Source: Deltaproteobacteria bacterium (lineage in GTDB: Bacteria; Desulfobacterota; DSM-4660; Desulfatiglandales; HGW-15). From it: a stretch of DNA of 64,000 bases. The number at the start of each line of letters is the position of its first letter. The stretch's first letter is position 1. Positions 16,645-26,027 of this stretch are shown here, in pieces. Under the pieces are notes generated by a model. That model saw nothing but the letters and a program-made list of their open reading frames with translations. It ran no database searches and was not told the origin of the DNA. The position numbers and the translations under genes were made by a program. The stretch spans positions 16,421 to 80,420 of the forward strand of contig JAFGFY010000004.1 of assembly GCA_016930795.1 (NCBI GenBank). Direction: 5' to 3'.

Positions 16645-17352
16645 ATGTTAGGATCATATTCCGTTTCCAGGCCATCGATGGAAGTCATGGTCAATGATTT
16701 TGTGCGAAGCGTCTATAACTGGATGTGCATAGGGCTCGCGCTGACGGGCTTCACGGCCTTTTACGTCTCTTCCAGTGAGACCATGCGTCAACTTGTTTTC
16801 GGCAACCAGCTCATCTTTTTTGGGCTCATCATCGCGGAACTGATCATGGTATTCTCTCTGGTCAGCAGGGTGAAGCGAATGAGCGCCGGCACGGCCACAT
16901 CCCTGTTCGTGGTCTACTCCGTCCTAAACGGCGTGACCCTCTCGTTTATTTTCCTTGTTTATGCATCCGCATCCATTGTCAGCACCTTCTTTATCTGCGC
17001 AGCGACCTTTCTGGCATGCAGCTTTTATGGCTGGACCACCAAGAAGGACCTGACATCTTTTGGCGGTTTTCTCTTGATGGGCCTGTTTGGGATTATCATA
17101 GCGTCCGTGGTCAATATATTTATACAAAGCACTGTGATGCAAATGATGGTCAGCTATATCGGCGTCTTCGTATTTGTGGGACTGACCGCCTACGATACAC
17201 AGAAGCTGAAGAATATGGCGCTGAGTCAACCCGCCGGTTTGGACGGGGCCGTGATCAGAAAGGGTGCCATTATGGGCGCGCTTTCATTGTATCTAGATTT
17301 TATCAACCTCTTCCTATTCTTATTGAGGATACTCGGACAGGGTCGAGATTAG
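16645..17352 (+). CDS. Bax inhibitor-1/YccA family membrane protein
   Basis: Seven-TM pattern, TAYDTQKLK, GALSLYLDFINLF; ATG 16645 with GGGAGG RBS preferred over 16549. Confidence 0.9.
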   Translation: MLGSYSVSRPSMEVMVNDFVRSVYNWMCIGLALTGFTAFYVSSSETMRQLVFGNQLIFFGLIIAELIMVFSLVSRVKRMSAGTATSLFVVYSVLNGVTLSFIFLVYASASIVSTFFICAATFLACSFYGWTTKKDLTSFGGFLLMGLFGIIIASVVNIFIQSTVMQMMVSYIGVFVFVGLTAYDTQKLKNMALSQPAGLDGAVIRKGAIMGALSLYLDFINLFLFLLRILGQGRD

Positions 17353-17472
17353 AGCAGGCCAGAGGAATTCTTACGGGCGGGATCTATAATAGAGACTAGA
17401 GCACCCTCTATATGGACTATACTGCTATGAGAGGAGACCCGTAGCGAGGAAAGCCGAAAGATTTGAAGCCAT

Positions 17473-18405
17473 ATGGAACCGGCCTATGTAAAGCTGTTTC
17501 GGGAAGGAGGACTGACAGAACGGATCAATAGGGCGATAGCCCTGATGGAGGCTTGCAGGCTCTGCCCCCGTGAATGCGGAGCAAACCGCTTGGAAGGGGA
17601 ACGGGGTATCTGCAAGACCGGAAGAAGGGCGATCATCTCCAGCTTCAACGCCCATTTCGGGGAGGAATCCCCGCTTGTGGGTCGATATGGTTCCGGTACT
17701 ATCTTTATAGGGGGGTGTAATCTCCTTTGCAGTTTTTGCCAGAATTATGAGATCAGCCATTCGAAAGAGGGTGTGGAGGTAGAACCGGAACAGATGGCCG
17801 CCATGATGATTCATCTGGCGGAGAGGGGATGTCACAACATCAACTTTGTGACCCCCACCCACGTGGTTCCTCAGTTGCTTGAGTCCCTGGCACAGGCCGC
17901 GGAACATGGGCTGGATATCCCCCTTGTCTATAACTCCAGTGGCTATGACAAGAAGGAGACCCTTGAGCTTTTGGACGGAATTGTGGATATATACATGCCG
18001 GATTTTAAGTTTTGGTGTGGCCGTTGGTCTGAGAGGTATTGCGAGGCCCCTGATTATCCTGAAAGGGCTAAGGAGGCCCTTAAAGAGATGCACCGGCAGG
18101 TGGGAGATCTGGCTATGGATGACCAGGGTGTGGCGGTCAGGGGACTTTTGGTGCGGCACCTGGTCATGCCAGGGGATATTGCCGGAACTGAAAAGGTGCT
18201 CGAATTCATTGCCCATGAAATCTCCCCCAGTACCTATGTCAATGTGATGGATCAATACAAACCGTGCGGAAACGCACATAGAGATGAATATATAAACCGA
18301 CGTTTATCGTCTCGGGAATTCAGGGAGGCGATGGAGGTGGCCAGGAGGGCAGGGTTGACGCGACTCGATTCACGAGATCGTGTTCGGCTCCTATTTGCGA
18401 AATGA
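17473..18405 (+). CDS. Radical SAM protein, PflX-like
   Basis: CRLCPREC, GCNLLCSFCQN (CxxxCxxC), HNINFVTP, YMPDFKF, RHLVMP. Confidence 0.85.
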   Translation: MEPAYVKLFREGGLTERINRAIALMEACRLCPRECGANRLEGERGICKTGRRAIISSFNAHFGEESPLVGRYGSGTIFIGGCNLLCSFCQNYEISHSKEGVEVEPEQMAAMMIHLAERGCHNINFVTPTHVVPQLLESLAQAAEHGLDIPLVYNSSGYDKKETLELLDGIVDIYMPDFKFWCGRWSERYCEAPDYPERAKEALKEMHRQVGDLAMDDQGVAVRGLLVRHLVMPGDIAGTEKVLEFIAHEISPSTYVNVMDQYKPCGNAHRDEYINRRLSSREFREAMEVARRAGLTRLDSRDRVRLLFAK

Positions 18406-19052
18406 TGAATAGCGAAAGAATATTTATAGTGGGAGATGTTCACGGGTGCCTGGATATGCTCAGAAGGCTGATGGATAAAATCGATTGGCGACCCAACCAA
18501 GACAATCTGATCTTTCTTGGAGACTACATTGACCGGGGAAAAGAATCCAAAGGCGTGATTGACTATATTCTTGATCTCAAGAAGGAATCCTCACGCGTTC
18601 AATGCATTATGGGAAATCATGAAAACATTCTGTTGGACTTTCTAAATACCGGGGAGCCCAGGCTGCTGATCATAAACGGCGGAATCCCTACTTTGGAAAG
18701 CTACCAGGCGGCCAATGATAATGAGGATGACCCCCTGATTCCCCCTGAGCACGTGGCCTTCTTCAAAGACCTTATTCCATATATAGAACTTGAAGATTAC
18801 TATGTGGTTCATGCAGGATTCCGACCGGGCGTGCCTATTGAGGACCAATCCCTTGAAGACCTGATATGGATTAGGGAGCCTTTCATTTTCTCCAACCATG
18901 ACTTCGGAAAGACGGTGATATTCGGTCATACCCCCATAGCTGAGCCTTTGATGATGGACAACAAGATAGGCCTGGATACCGGGGCCGTGTACGGGAATAG
19001 ATTGACCTGCCTTGAGCTTCCTCGCATGAAATTCCACTCGGTGGAGGCCTAA
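18402..19052 (+). CDS. PPP-family metallophosphoesterase (Ser/Thr phosphatase-like)
   Basis: GDVHG, GDYIDRG, GNHE, VHAG, FGHT, DTGAVY. Confidence 0.9.
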   Translation: MMNSERIFIVGDVHGCLDMLRRLMDKIDWRPNQDNLIFLGDYIDRGKESKGVIDYILDLKKESSRVQCIMGNHENILLDFLNTGEPRLLIINGGIPTLESYQAANDNEDDPLIPPEHVAFFKDLIPYIELEDYYVVHAGFRPGVPIEDQSLEDLIWIREPFIFSNHDFGKTVIFGHTPIAEPLMMDNKIGLDTGAVYGNRLTCLELPRMKFHSVEA

Positions 19053-19056
19053 GTAT

Positions 19057-20070
19057 TTGACCGAGGCCATAGATTATTCAACAGCGATCGGCATGACGTC
19101 CACCATCCCGGTCGAGATCGTCCTCGCGGCGGGACTCACACCTGTGGACCTCAACAACACCTTTGTCACTTCAGATGAATCAGAGAAACTTCTTGGCCGG
19201 GCGGAAACCGCCGGTTTTGCCCATAACATCTGCGCGTGGATCAAAGGGATCTATTCTGCCGTCATGCATCATGGCGTGAAGAGGGTGATTGCCGTCACCG
19301 GAGGGGACTGCAGCAATACCCTGGCCTTGGCGGAAGTTCTCAGCCGAAGGGGGGTCGAGATCATTCCCTTTGATTACCCCCTGAATCGGGATAGATCATC
19401 CCTCATGGAACAGATGGAGAAGTTGAGAGGGAGACTCTCAGCCACCTGGCCTGATATCCGTGAGACAAAAAAGCGTCTGGACGGGATCCGGAAAAAGTTG
19501 GTAGAGCTGGACAGACTCACGTTCCATGATAACGTGGTCAGTGGTTTTGAAAATCACCTTTTTCTGGTGAGTAGTTCGGATTTCAATTCTGATCCCGATC
19601 TTTATGAAAAAGAGCTTGATGCGTTTCTCCAGAAAGCCAGGACCAGAGAGTCGAAGAAGGAGAAGGTCAGACTCGGATACCTGGGTGTGCCTCCCATATT
19701 CACCGAACTCTTTGACTGTGTGGAGTCACTTGGCGGCAGGGTGGTCTTTAACGAGATCCAGAGGCAGTTCAGCATGCCGTACGGCTGCGAGGACTTGACA
19801 GAACAATACCTAAAATACACCTATCCGTATGATATGCAGGGAAGGATCGAGGATATCAAGAGGGCTGTCGAGGAGAGGCGGTTGGACGGCCTTATTCATT
19901 ACACCCAGACCTTTTGTTTCAGACAGATCTACGATATTATTCTGAGGGAAAGCTTCTCCATTCCCATTCTCACCCTGGAGGGTGACAGACCCGGCCCCTT
20001 AGACAGCCGCACAGCCCTACGTATCGAGACATTCATTGACATGTTGACCTCTAGAGCCGTATTCGCGTAA
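19057..20070 (+). CDS. 2-hydroxyacyl-CoA dehydratase (HgdB/FldB-like) family subunit
   Basis: ICAWIKG, GGDCSN, HYTQTFCFR, LTLEGD, RIETF; TTG start. Confidence 0.75.
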   Translation: MTEAIDYSTAIGMTSTIPVEIVLAAGLTPVDLNNTFVTSDESEKLLGRAETAGFAHNICAWIKGIYSAVMHHGVKRVIAVTGGDCSNTLALAEVLSRRGVEIIPFDYPLNRDRSSLMEQMEKLRGRLSATWPDIRETKKRLDGIRKKLVELDRLTFHDNVVSGFENHLFLVSSSDFNSDPDLYEKELDAFLQKARTRESKKEKVRLGYLGVPPIFTELFDCVESLGGRVVFNEIQRQFSMPYGCEDLTEQYLKYTYPYDMQGRIEDIKRAVEERRLDGLIHYTQTFCFRQIYDIILRESFSIPILTLEGDRPGPLDSRTALRIETFIDMLTSRAVFA

Positions 20071-20106
20071 TGGCTTTTATTATTCTGAACATTTCCTATG
20101 ATACAC

Positions 20107-20165
20107 ATAGAGTGACGGCCTAAGAATCTGTAACAGCACACAGGTTCGAATCCTCCTAGGCGCTA
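20107..20165 (+). pseudogene. Decayed tRNA-like remnant (Arg-like)
   Basis: ATAGAGTGACGGCCTAAG (D-arm 3' side and anticodon stem 5' side), AGGTTCGAATCCT (T-loop), AGGCGC (acceptor 3' side); 5' acceptor strand, intact anticodon loop and CCA are missing. Confidence 0.5.
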
Positions 20166-20201
20166 TTACATCGAAAATTCTATAGGATTAGACGAAAAAC
20201 T

Positions 20202-21812
20202 CTAGTTCGCATCATTGAGTTGTTCTTTGACCTTGTTAAGTAGTTCTGTTGGCAGGTCGGACTTAAGGCATTTCTTGAGCTCATTTTCGGCGGCATGAAT
20301 ATTTCCCTGTTTTCTATAGATTTGGGCCCGAAGAAAACTTGCCTTTCCATAACGAGAATTCAACTCGGAGGCCTTTTGCGCGTAACGCAGAGCATCTTCA
20401 TAACGGGACATTGAAAAACAGACTTCGCCTATGGCACAGAAAATATCGGGAAATGAAACGCCCTCACGAATAATCGATTCCCCTTGATCTAAGGCTTCTT
20501 GAAATTCCCCTTTCTCCTTGAGGGCCATAAAGAGGTTTATACGGGCATTTATATACTTGGGGTTTATATTGACTGACTTTCTGAATTCCTCGACCGCCTC
20601 TTCTGTTCGATTGAGTTTCATCAGAATACTGCCAAGGGTATTGTGCAAGTCAGGGTATCGGGGATTTTCATCTATACAGTCTTTGACAATGGGAATGAGC
20701 ATTTCACAAAGGGATGTATCCTTGTCTGAGAGATGCTCTATAATGAGATGGATATCTGAGAAATCCGGATTTATTTTGATATCCCTAAAAAAATATTCAA
20801 TCGTTTCCCCAATGGTTTTGTCCTTGCCGAACAATTGGCCCACCGCCTTCGAAAGCGCATCGCTTGAGGGTAAAGGGGCATTGATCATCTCCTTTACAAT
20901 ATCAACTGCCGTCTGAAGGCTCTCACTCTCAGGGTCCAGCCGACTCGCCGCCTCGAACTCTTTGAGACCTTCGCTTAAGTTTCCCCTCTGACAAAGAAAC
21001 ACGCCGAGCTTTATTCTTGCATCCAGATACGATGGATTGATCTGAAGAGCTCTCCCGAGAGCGTTAACGGCCGCATCCAAATCATCGAGTCTGGAATAGA
21101 CTATCCCCGAAAAATAGTGCATATCCGCATAGTCGGGAAACCTTTCGATCACCGTTTGTATCTGTTCCAAGGCCTCGTCAAAATGACTCAAATAGGCCTC
21201 TGTAATGGCCAGTTTTTTTTGTGCCTCGGTATATTCAGGATTGATTCTCAACGCTTCACGAAACGCATTACCGGCTTCGGAGGGTTTCCCCTGCCCAAGC
21301 AACGTAAGCCCGAGTCGAAAATAGACGTCCGCGAAGTTCGGGTTTTCACGCAGAATATCCTCAAAGATTTTCGCGGCCTTTTCCCACATGCCCAGATTAT
21401 GAAGAGCGACACCTAATTTCAGTTTGATTGGAAGATGGGAAGAGTCAATCTCGAGTATATTATTGAACATTTCGACGGCGCCCGCGAAGTCACCAAGGTT
21501 ATTGAGACAGACTCCGATCAGGGAAGACAGTTCCACATGCTCCCGATTGTACTTTAGGGCTGCCCGAAACTGTTCCAACGCGTCCGAATAATTTCCCGTT
21601 GCGAAGAGGAGGATTCCTAAGTTTCGATGAGCTTGTCCGCAGTATACACGAGCCAGGTTATGGTGAACGCTGCCTGGAGAGGGTTTCTTCTTTAGAGTAT
21701 TCTCAAAGAGTTCAATAGCCTCTGAATACATGTGGCTGTTGTAGAGTTCCATGGCCTTACTGTAACTGTCTTCACTAGCAAATGACATGAGACGTTTAAC
21801 GAATTTCATCAT
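20202..21812 (-). CDS. Tetratricopeptide-repeat protein
   Basis: Repeated TPR units (e.g. NPNFADVYFRLG, PDYADMHYFSG, PRYPDLHNTLG); no signal peptide seen. Confidence 0.9.
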   Translation of the reverse strand: MMKFVKRLMSFASEDSYSKAMELYNSHMYSEAIELFENTLKKKPSPGSVHHNLARVYCGQAHRNLGILLFATGNYSDALEQFRAALKYNREHVELSSLIGVCLNNLGDFAGAVEMFNNILEIDSSHLPIKLKLGVALHNLGMWEKAAKIFEDILRENPNFADVYFRLGLTLLGQGKPSEAGNAFREALRINPEYTEAQKKLAITEAYLSHFDEALEQIQTVIERFPDYADMHYFSGIVYSRLDDLDAAVNALGRALQINPSYLDARIKLGVFLCQRGNLSEGLKEFEAASRLDPESESLQTAVDIVKEMINAPLPSSDALSKAVGQLFGKDKTIGETIEYFFRDIKINPDFSDIHLIIEHLSDKDTSLCEMLIPIVKDCIDENPRYPDLHNTLGSILMKLNRTEEAVEEFRKSVNINPKYINARINLFMALKEKGEFQEALDQGESIIREGVSFPDIFCAIGEVCFSMSRYEDALRYAQKASELNSRYGKASFLRAQIYRKQGNIHAAENELKKCLKSDLPTELLNKVKEQLNDAN

Positions 21813-23248
21813 TGTGCTCCTCTAGAAGAAAGGACAGCGGAAATAGTCATTATGAGGATTTTCAAATCAAGGATTAATGACCAGTTGTCAATATACTGCA
21901 TATCAAGTTTCATCCATTCATTGAACTTGAGTTCACTCCTGCCGCTGACTTGCCAAAAACAGGTTATACCGGGGACTACGGAGAGCCTTTTACGCTCCCA
22001 TGTCTGATATTGAAGTACTTCTTCGAATATGGGAGGGCGAGGCCCCACGAGACTCATGTCGCCTTTTAAAACATTGAGAAGCTGCGGAAGCTCATCCAGG
22101 CTCATTCTCCGCAGGATCTTGCCGATCCGGGTTATACGAGGGTCGCCCTTCATCTTGAAGGCAGGGCCGTCCACTTCATTCAGAGACATCAGACTTTCCA
22201 ACCTGTCTTCAGCGTCATGAACCATGGATCGGAATTTATACATAACGAAACGCCGGCCATTCTTTCCAATCCTTTCCTGACGGAATAGAGCCGGCCCTGG
22301 TGAATCCCTTTTTATGAGAACAGGGATAATAACCCATAGAGGAAGACTCAGGACAATGAGAAAAGCCGATACGAGGAAATCAATGAGACGTTTCAACAGG
22401 GCTTGTCTCGGAGAGCGGCGTATGGATTTGATTAAGAAAAAATGATTTTCATCGGTAGTCTCTTTTAGATGCCCCCCGAGTTTGTTTTTTATTTCGGGTG
22501 AGGTAAAAGCGAAGTCAAGACCCACTGTATCGCAATGGCGGGCAAGCCGATGGATTTGGTCCGTGTCCCAAGATCCATCAGCTAGAAGAGCAATATCCAC
22601 AATGTGCTTTTCGAGGATCGAATCCAGGTCTTTAACTCTTCCAAGAATCGGATGACCATGAACCATCCCTCCAAGTGACGTATCGTTATCCGCCAAGATT
22701 CCAATAACCTTAACCCATCGATTATCCAGGACCTCTCCGATCTTGAAGACGTTATCGTTTGCTCCGATGATCAGGACATGTCTAATGAATTCACTTGGGC
22801 TTTGGTTACGTCCGGAAAAATAGAGGCATAGTCTGCCAAAGGCCAAGAAGATCCATAGGATGAAGAAGAATGTAAGCAGAAAGCCGATTACATTTTCTGA
22901 AGACCCGTAAAAAAAGGTCAAAATAGACATGATCACCCACGAAAAGAGGCAAGATATTCCGGTCCGGAGGATGATCGCCCTTACCCCTTGAAAACCAGCG
23001 GGACGCAAGCTTCCAAAGAGATTTAGAAAAAGCAGGGAACAGATCAATAGGAATGGCAGGAGAAGGATAGAGTCATTCCACGCGGAAGAGAGGTCATAAT
23101 TCAGGGAGGATCCCATGGTTTTGTGAATCGACAAAAGATCCATGAGGGATAAAGAAAGGGGCGCGCTAACGATATAGGCAAAAAGCACGGATAGGAAATC
23201 AAAGAGGAGAAAAACTTGAAAAAGATATTTTTCCTGTTCTTTTAGCAT
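21809..23248 (-). CDS. Priming polyprenyl-phosphate glycosylphosphotransferase (WcaJ/WbaP-like)
   Basis: N-terminal TM segments, VLIIGA Rossmann-like region, [33 protein letters not shown]. Confidence 0.93.
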   Translation of the reverse strand: MLKEQEKYLFQVFLLFDFLSVLFAYIVSAPLSLSLMDLLSIHKTMGSSLNYDLSSAWNDSILLLPFLLICSLLFLNLFGSLRPAGFQGVRAIILRTGISCLFSWVIMSILTFFYGSSENVIGFLLTFFFILWIFLAFGRLCLYFSGRNQSPSEFIRHVLIIGANDNVFKIGEVLDNRWVKVIGILADNDTSLGGMVHGHPILGRVKDLDSILEKHIVDIALLADGSWDTDQIHRLARHCDTVGLDFAFTSPEIKNKLGGHLKETTDENHFFLIKSIRRSPRQALLKRLIDFLVSAFLIVLSLPLWVIIPVLIKRDSPGPALFRQERIGKNGRRFVMYKFRSMVHDAEDRLESLMSLNEVDGPAFKMKGDPRITRIGKILRRMSLDELPQLLNVLKGDMSLVGPRPPIFEEVLQYQTWERKRLSVVPGITCFWQVSGRSELKFNEWMKLDMQYIDNWSLILDLKILIMTISAVLSSRGAQ

Positions 23249-23272
23249 GGAACTCCTATTTGAGTGATACTG

Positions 23273-24253
23273 TCAAACAGCCTCTTTTACGAGACGAAAA
23301 CCAATGAAATCGCTCTTTGATTGAGGAGACCAGTATAACCTTGCTGCTGATCGGCAGTTCTTTGCGTTGGCAAACCATGACCCACCACGTATCACGCGGC
23401 CGGACCCCGGCCATAACATCAGAGAGTCTATGCTCTTTGCGGGGGAATAAGACCCATACCAGTCCTGACACCATTCAAAGACATTGCCGTGCATGTCATA
23501 CAGACCCCACTCATTGGCATTCTTTAATGCCACAGGATGCGTTCGGCGATCTGAGTTTCCACAGTACCACCCCACAGCATCGAGACTAGGGTCATAGCCG
23601 CAGAAAAGCTCCATGATCATTCCTTCAGCAGAAGACTCTACAGAACCTGAACGGCAGGCATATTCCCATTCAGCCTCCGTAGGGAGACGATAAACAACAT
23701 CACTCTTGCGGTTCAGGGTTTTGATGAATTTCAGGCAGTCATGCCATGTGACATTTTCCACGGGACAATCATCGCCTCCTTCAGTGAACTTCGAAGGGTT
23801 GGTTCCCATTACAGCTCTCCATTGGGCTTGGATGACCGGTGTTTTCTGCATATAGAAACCCTTGGTTAAAGTGACTTCATGCAGTACTTCTCCACTGTCT
23901 CGTCCCACTTCATATTCGGTGCTGCCCATGAGAAACGTGCCGGGATGAATAGAGACAAAAGAATTTTCAAACAGAGATGCCAAGTCCTCTGCGCGTGCTT
24001 TATCAAAGGCCGGTTCTTCTCTCATTTGTAAGGATGATATGGGATACGGTGAATCTTCGACTTCCGGCTCTGAGACCTCCAAAATCCCAGGTGGAGAAGG
24101 CCCTGTGACGGATGTATCAACCGGTATGGTGTTGGTCTCAAAAGGAACGGGTTCTTCCTCTTCCGCAGACTGAACGGATTTCAGTTCTATTTTCCTTAAT
24201 GCAGAAAAGATCGGAGACTGCCTTTTTTTGCCCTTTCTCAATATTCGGATCAT
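23273..24253 (-). CDS. FGE/SUMF1-domain protein (probably non-catalytic)
   Basis: FLMGS, PVENVTW, YRLPTEAEWEYACR, GLYDMHGNVFEWCQDW, RGGSW; acidic Pro-rich N-terminal linker. Confidence 0.85.
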   Translation of the reverse strand: MIRILRKGKKRQSPIFSALRKIELKSVQSAEEEEPVPFETNTIPVDTSVTGPSPPGILEVSEPEVEDSPYPISSLQMREEPAFDKARAEDLASLFENSFVSIHPGTFLMGSTEYEVGRDSGEVLHEVTLTKGFYMQKTPVIQAQWRAVMGTNPSKFTEGGDDCPVENVTWHDCLKFIKTLNRKSDVVYRLPTEAEWEYACRSGSVESSAEGMIMELFCGYDPSLDAVGWYCGNSDRRTHPVALKNANEWGLYDMHGNVFEWCQDWYGSYSPAKSIDSLMLWPGSGRVIRGGSWFANAKNCRSAARLYWSPQSKSDFIGFRLVKEAV

Positions 24254-24268
24254 AAATTTGCCTTCACT

Positions 24269-25789
24269 TTATGGCCTGTCATATGCCGGCTTAGGCTCGC
24301 TACTCTTTTCGTTCCCATCTGTAGGAAGGTCCTCGACTTTGATATCGGGGACAATAGGTTCGTCATTCTCCGAGGTTATGCCATCATCCGGATCGAGTAT
24401 CGGCAACTTCAAGACCTGACCCGCCCAAATGACATCTTGGTCCGTGATCTCAGGATTGGCCTCAAGGATGATTTTCATGGCAGAATAACGGTTCTTTCCA
24501 TAATATCGGTCTGCCAATCTCAGAATATGCTCTCCATATTCTACGACAATCTCTTGATATCCTGCTTCCTTCTTTATGCCTTTGGAATCAAGTGATGAGA
24601 ATGTCTGAAAAATAGATTCTTCTCTTGGGACCTCTTCTTGAGTCTCAGAGGAAGGGTCTACATCAACAACCATCATAGAATGCTCCGATTCCTTGAGGGT
24701 ATCTTCCTCGCTTTCCATTGGTCGCGGCTTAGGCTCATCGATGATTTTCGTTTCCATTGTTATTGGCTCAGGCTCAGGTAGACGAACATAATATGGAGTT
24801 TTCGATTTGATAGTGGGCGTCAGTTCTGTCTGAGCGCTCTTATCCGCGAACAATTTGAAATACATCTTGATGCCCATATAGTTCAAAATAACGATACATG
24901 TAATGATAACAAACAAAGATACGAGAGGATTCAAGGACTTTGTAAATCGGCCTGTTTGGGTTTTTGAGGCCTTTGGCGAAAGAAGGATGTCGCTTTGCAG
25001 GGTTTCGTAGGCCTTATTCAGGATGTTTTTGTTGACCCTGGCCCGTCCTTCGGTTTTGCAGACCAGAAGAGCATTATCACAGACTTGGTTAATAAGGCGA
25101 GGGACTCCGTTTGTCAGGGTATAAATCAAGCTTTTGCAGCTTGGTTCGAAAATGAGATCAAAGCTGGATCTCACGACCTTTAGTCTAAAGTCGATGTATC
25201 GGATAGTCTCTGAAGGATTCAGAGGGGATAAAAACCGGCTGATATTGATGCGTTGACGAAGTTGGCGCATTTCAGGTCGTTCCAATTTGTGACTCAACTC
25301 ATATTGGCCGACTAACAGAATTTGAAGGAGTTTTTCGGAGGTCTCAATATTTGAAAGCAACCGTATATGTTCGAGATTCTCATCAGATAAGAGATGCGCT
25401 TCATCTATGATGAGGACATGTTTTTGTCCCCGGGCTCTTGTTTCCACCAAGGCTTCTTTGATTTCATCCGCGAGCGCTAAGGAGCTTTTAGAGTGATCCT
25501 CTATGCCGAGATACCCCGCAATGAAGAGCAGGATTTCGTGATAGTTGAATCGGGGATTTGATGTCATCATCGGAATCACGGATGAAGGCAGCTTCTCAAG
25601 AAAGCTATGTACAAGCATGGTTTTCCCGGTTCCGACATCACCACACAGGAGTGTAAAAGTCTTGTCTTGTTGAATAAAAAAGAAAAGGGCTGAAAGGACT
25701 TCTTCATGGTCCTGACTAAGGAAAAGGAAACGCTGGTCCAGATTGTTTTCAAAAGGTGAATCCGAAAAGCCGAAGTGGGCATTAAGCAT
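24269..25789 (-). CDS. ExeA/GspA-type AAA ATPase with TM segment and C-terminal LysM domain
   Basis: FGFSDSPF, Walker A GDVGTGKT, Walker B LIIDEAH, LLVGQ, GVPRLIN; TM LVSLFVIITCIVIL; LysM-like VEYGEHILRLADRYY...ANP...IWAGQVLKLP. Confidence 0.85.
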   Translation of the reverse strand: MLNAHFGFSDSPFENNLDQRFLFLSQDHEEVLSALFFFIQQDKTFTLLCGDVGTGKTMLVHSFLEKLPSSVIPMMTSNPRFNYHEILLFIAGYLGIEDHSKSSLALADEIKEALVETRARGQKHVLIIDEAHLLSDENLEHIRLLSNIETSEKLLQILLVGQYELSHKLERPEMRQLRQRINISRFLSPLNPSETIRYIDFRLKVVRSSFDLIFEPSCKSLIYTLTNGVPRLINQVCDNALLVCKTEGRARVNKNILNKAYETLQSDILLSPKASKTQTGRFTKSLNPLVSLFVIITCIVILNYMGIKMYFKLFADKSAQTELTPTIKSKTPYYVRLPEPEPITMETKIIDEPKPRPMESEEDTLKESEHSMMVVDVDPSSETQEEVPREESIFQTFSSLDSKGIKKEAGYQEIVVEYGEHILRLADRYYGKNRYSAMKIILEANPEITDQDVIWAGQVLKLPILDPDDGITSENDEPIVPDIKVEDLPTDGNEKSSEPKPAYDRP

Positions 25790-25951
25790 TTACGGGGCAA
25801 CCTTTCTTGGAATGATCTAAGGAGATAATAGAGAATGGATTCTGTCCTGAAATGTTTCCGTGCTCTACACGGCTTAGACGGGCTATTCTTCAGAGTAACA
25901 CCGATGCAAGCTTATAGGCAGGGAAACACCACAGGTTTCCAAAAGTGCCCA

Positions 25952-25993
25952 GTGAACACTACCCCCATGATACAGATCGGGGTTCGTGTTCAC
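25952..25993. other. Stem-loop downstream of the OmpA-family gene (possible terminator or processing hairpin)
   Basis: GTGAACAC...CCCC..GAT-ACAG-ATC-GGGG...GTGTTCAC inverted repeat 35 nt past the minus-strand stop. Confidence 0.35.
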
Positions 25994-26027
25994 ATCAATC
26001 GTCATCCGTAAAATAAAAAACTTTATA

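Noticed and set aside
20107-20165. Functional tRNA gene
   Set aside because: No 5' acceptor strand, broken anticodon and T stems, no CCA.
24269-25789. Type II secretion system locus
   Set aside because: Only ExeA-like and GspB-like proteins are present; no secretin, pseudopilins or GspE/F in the window.
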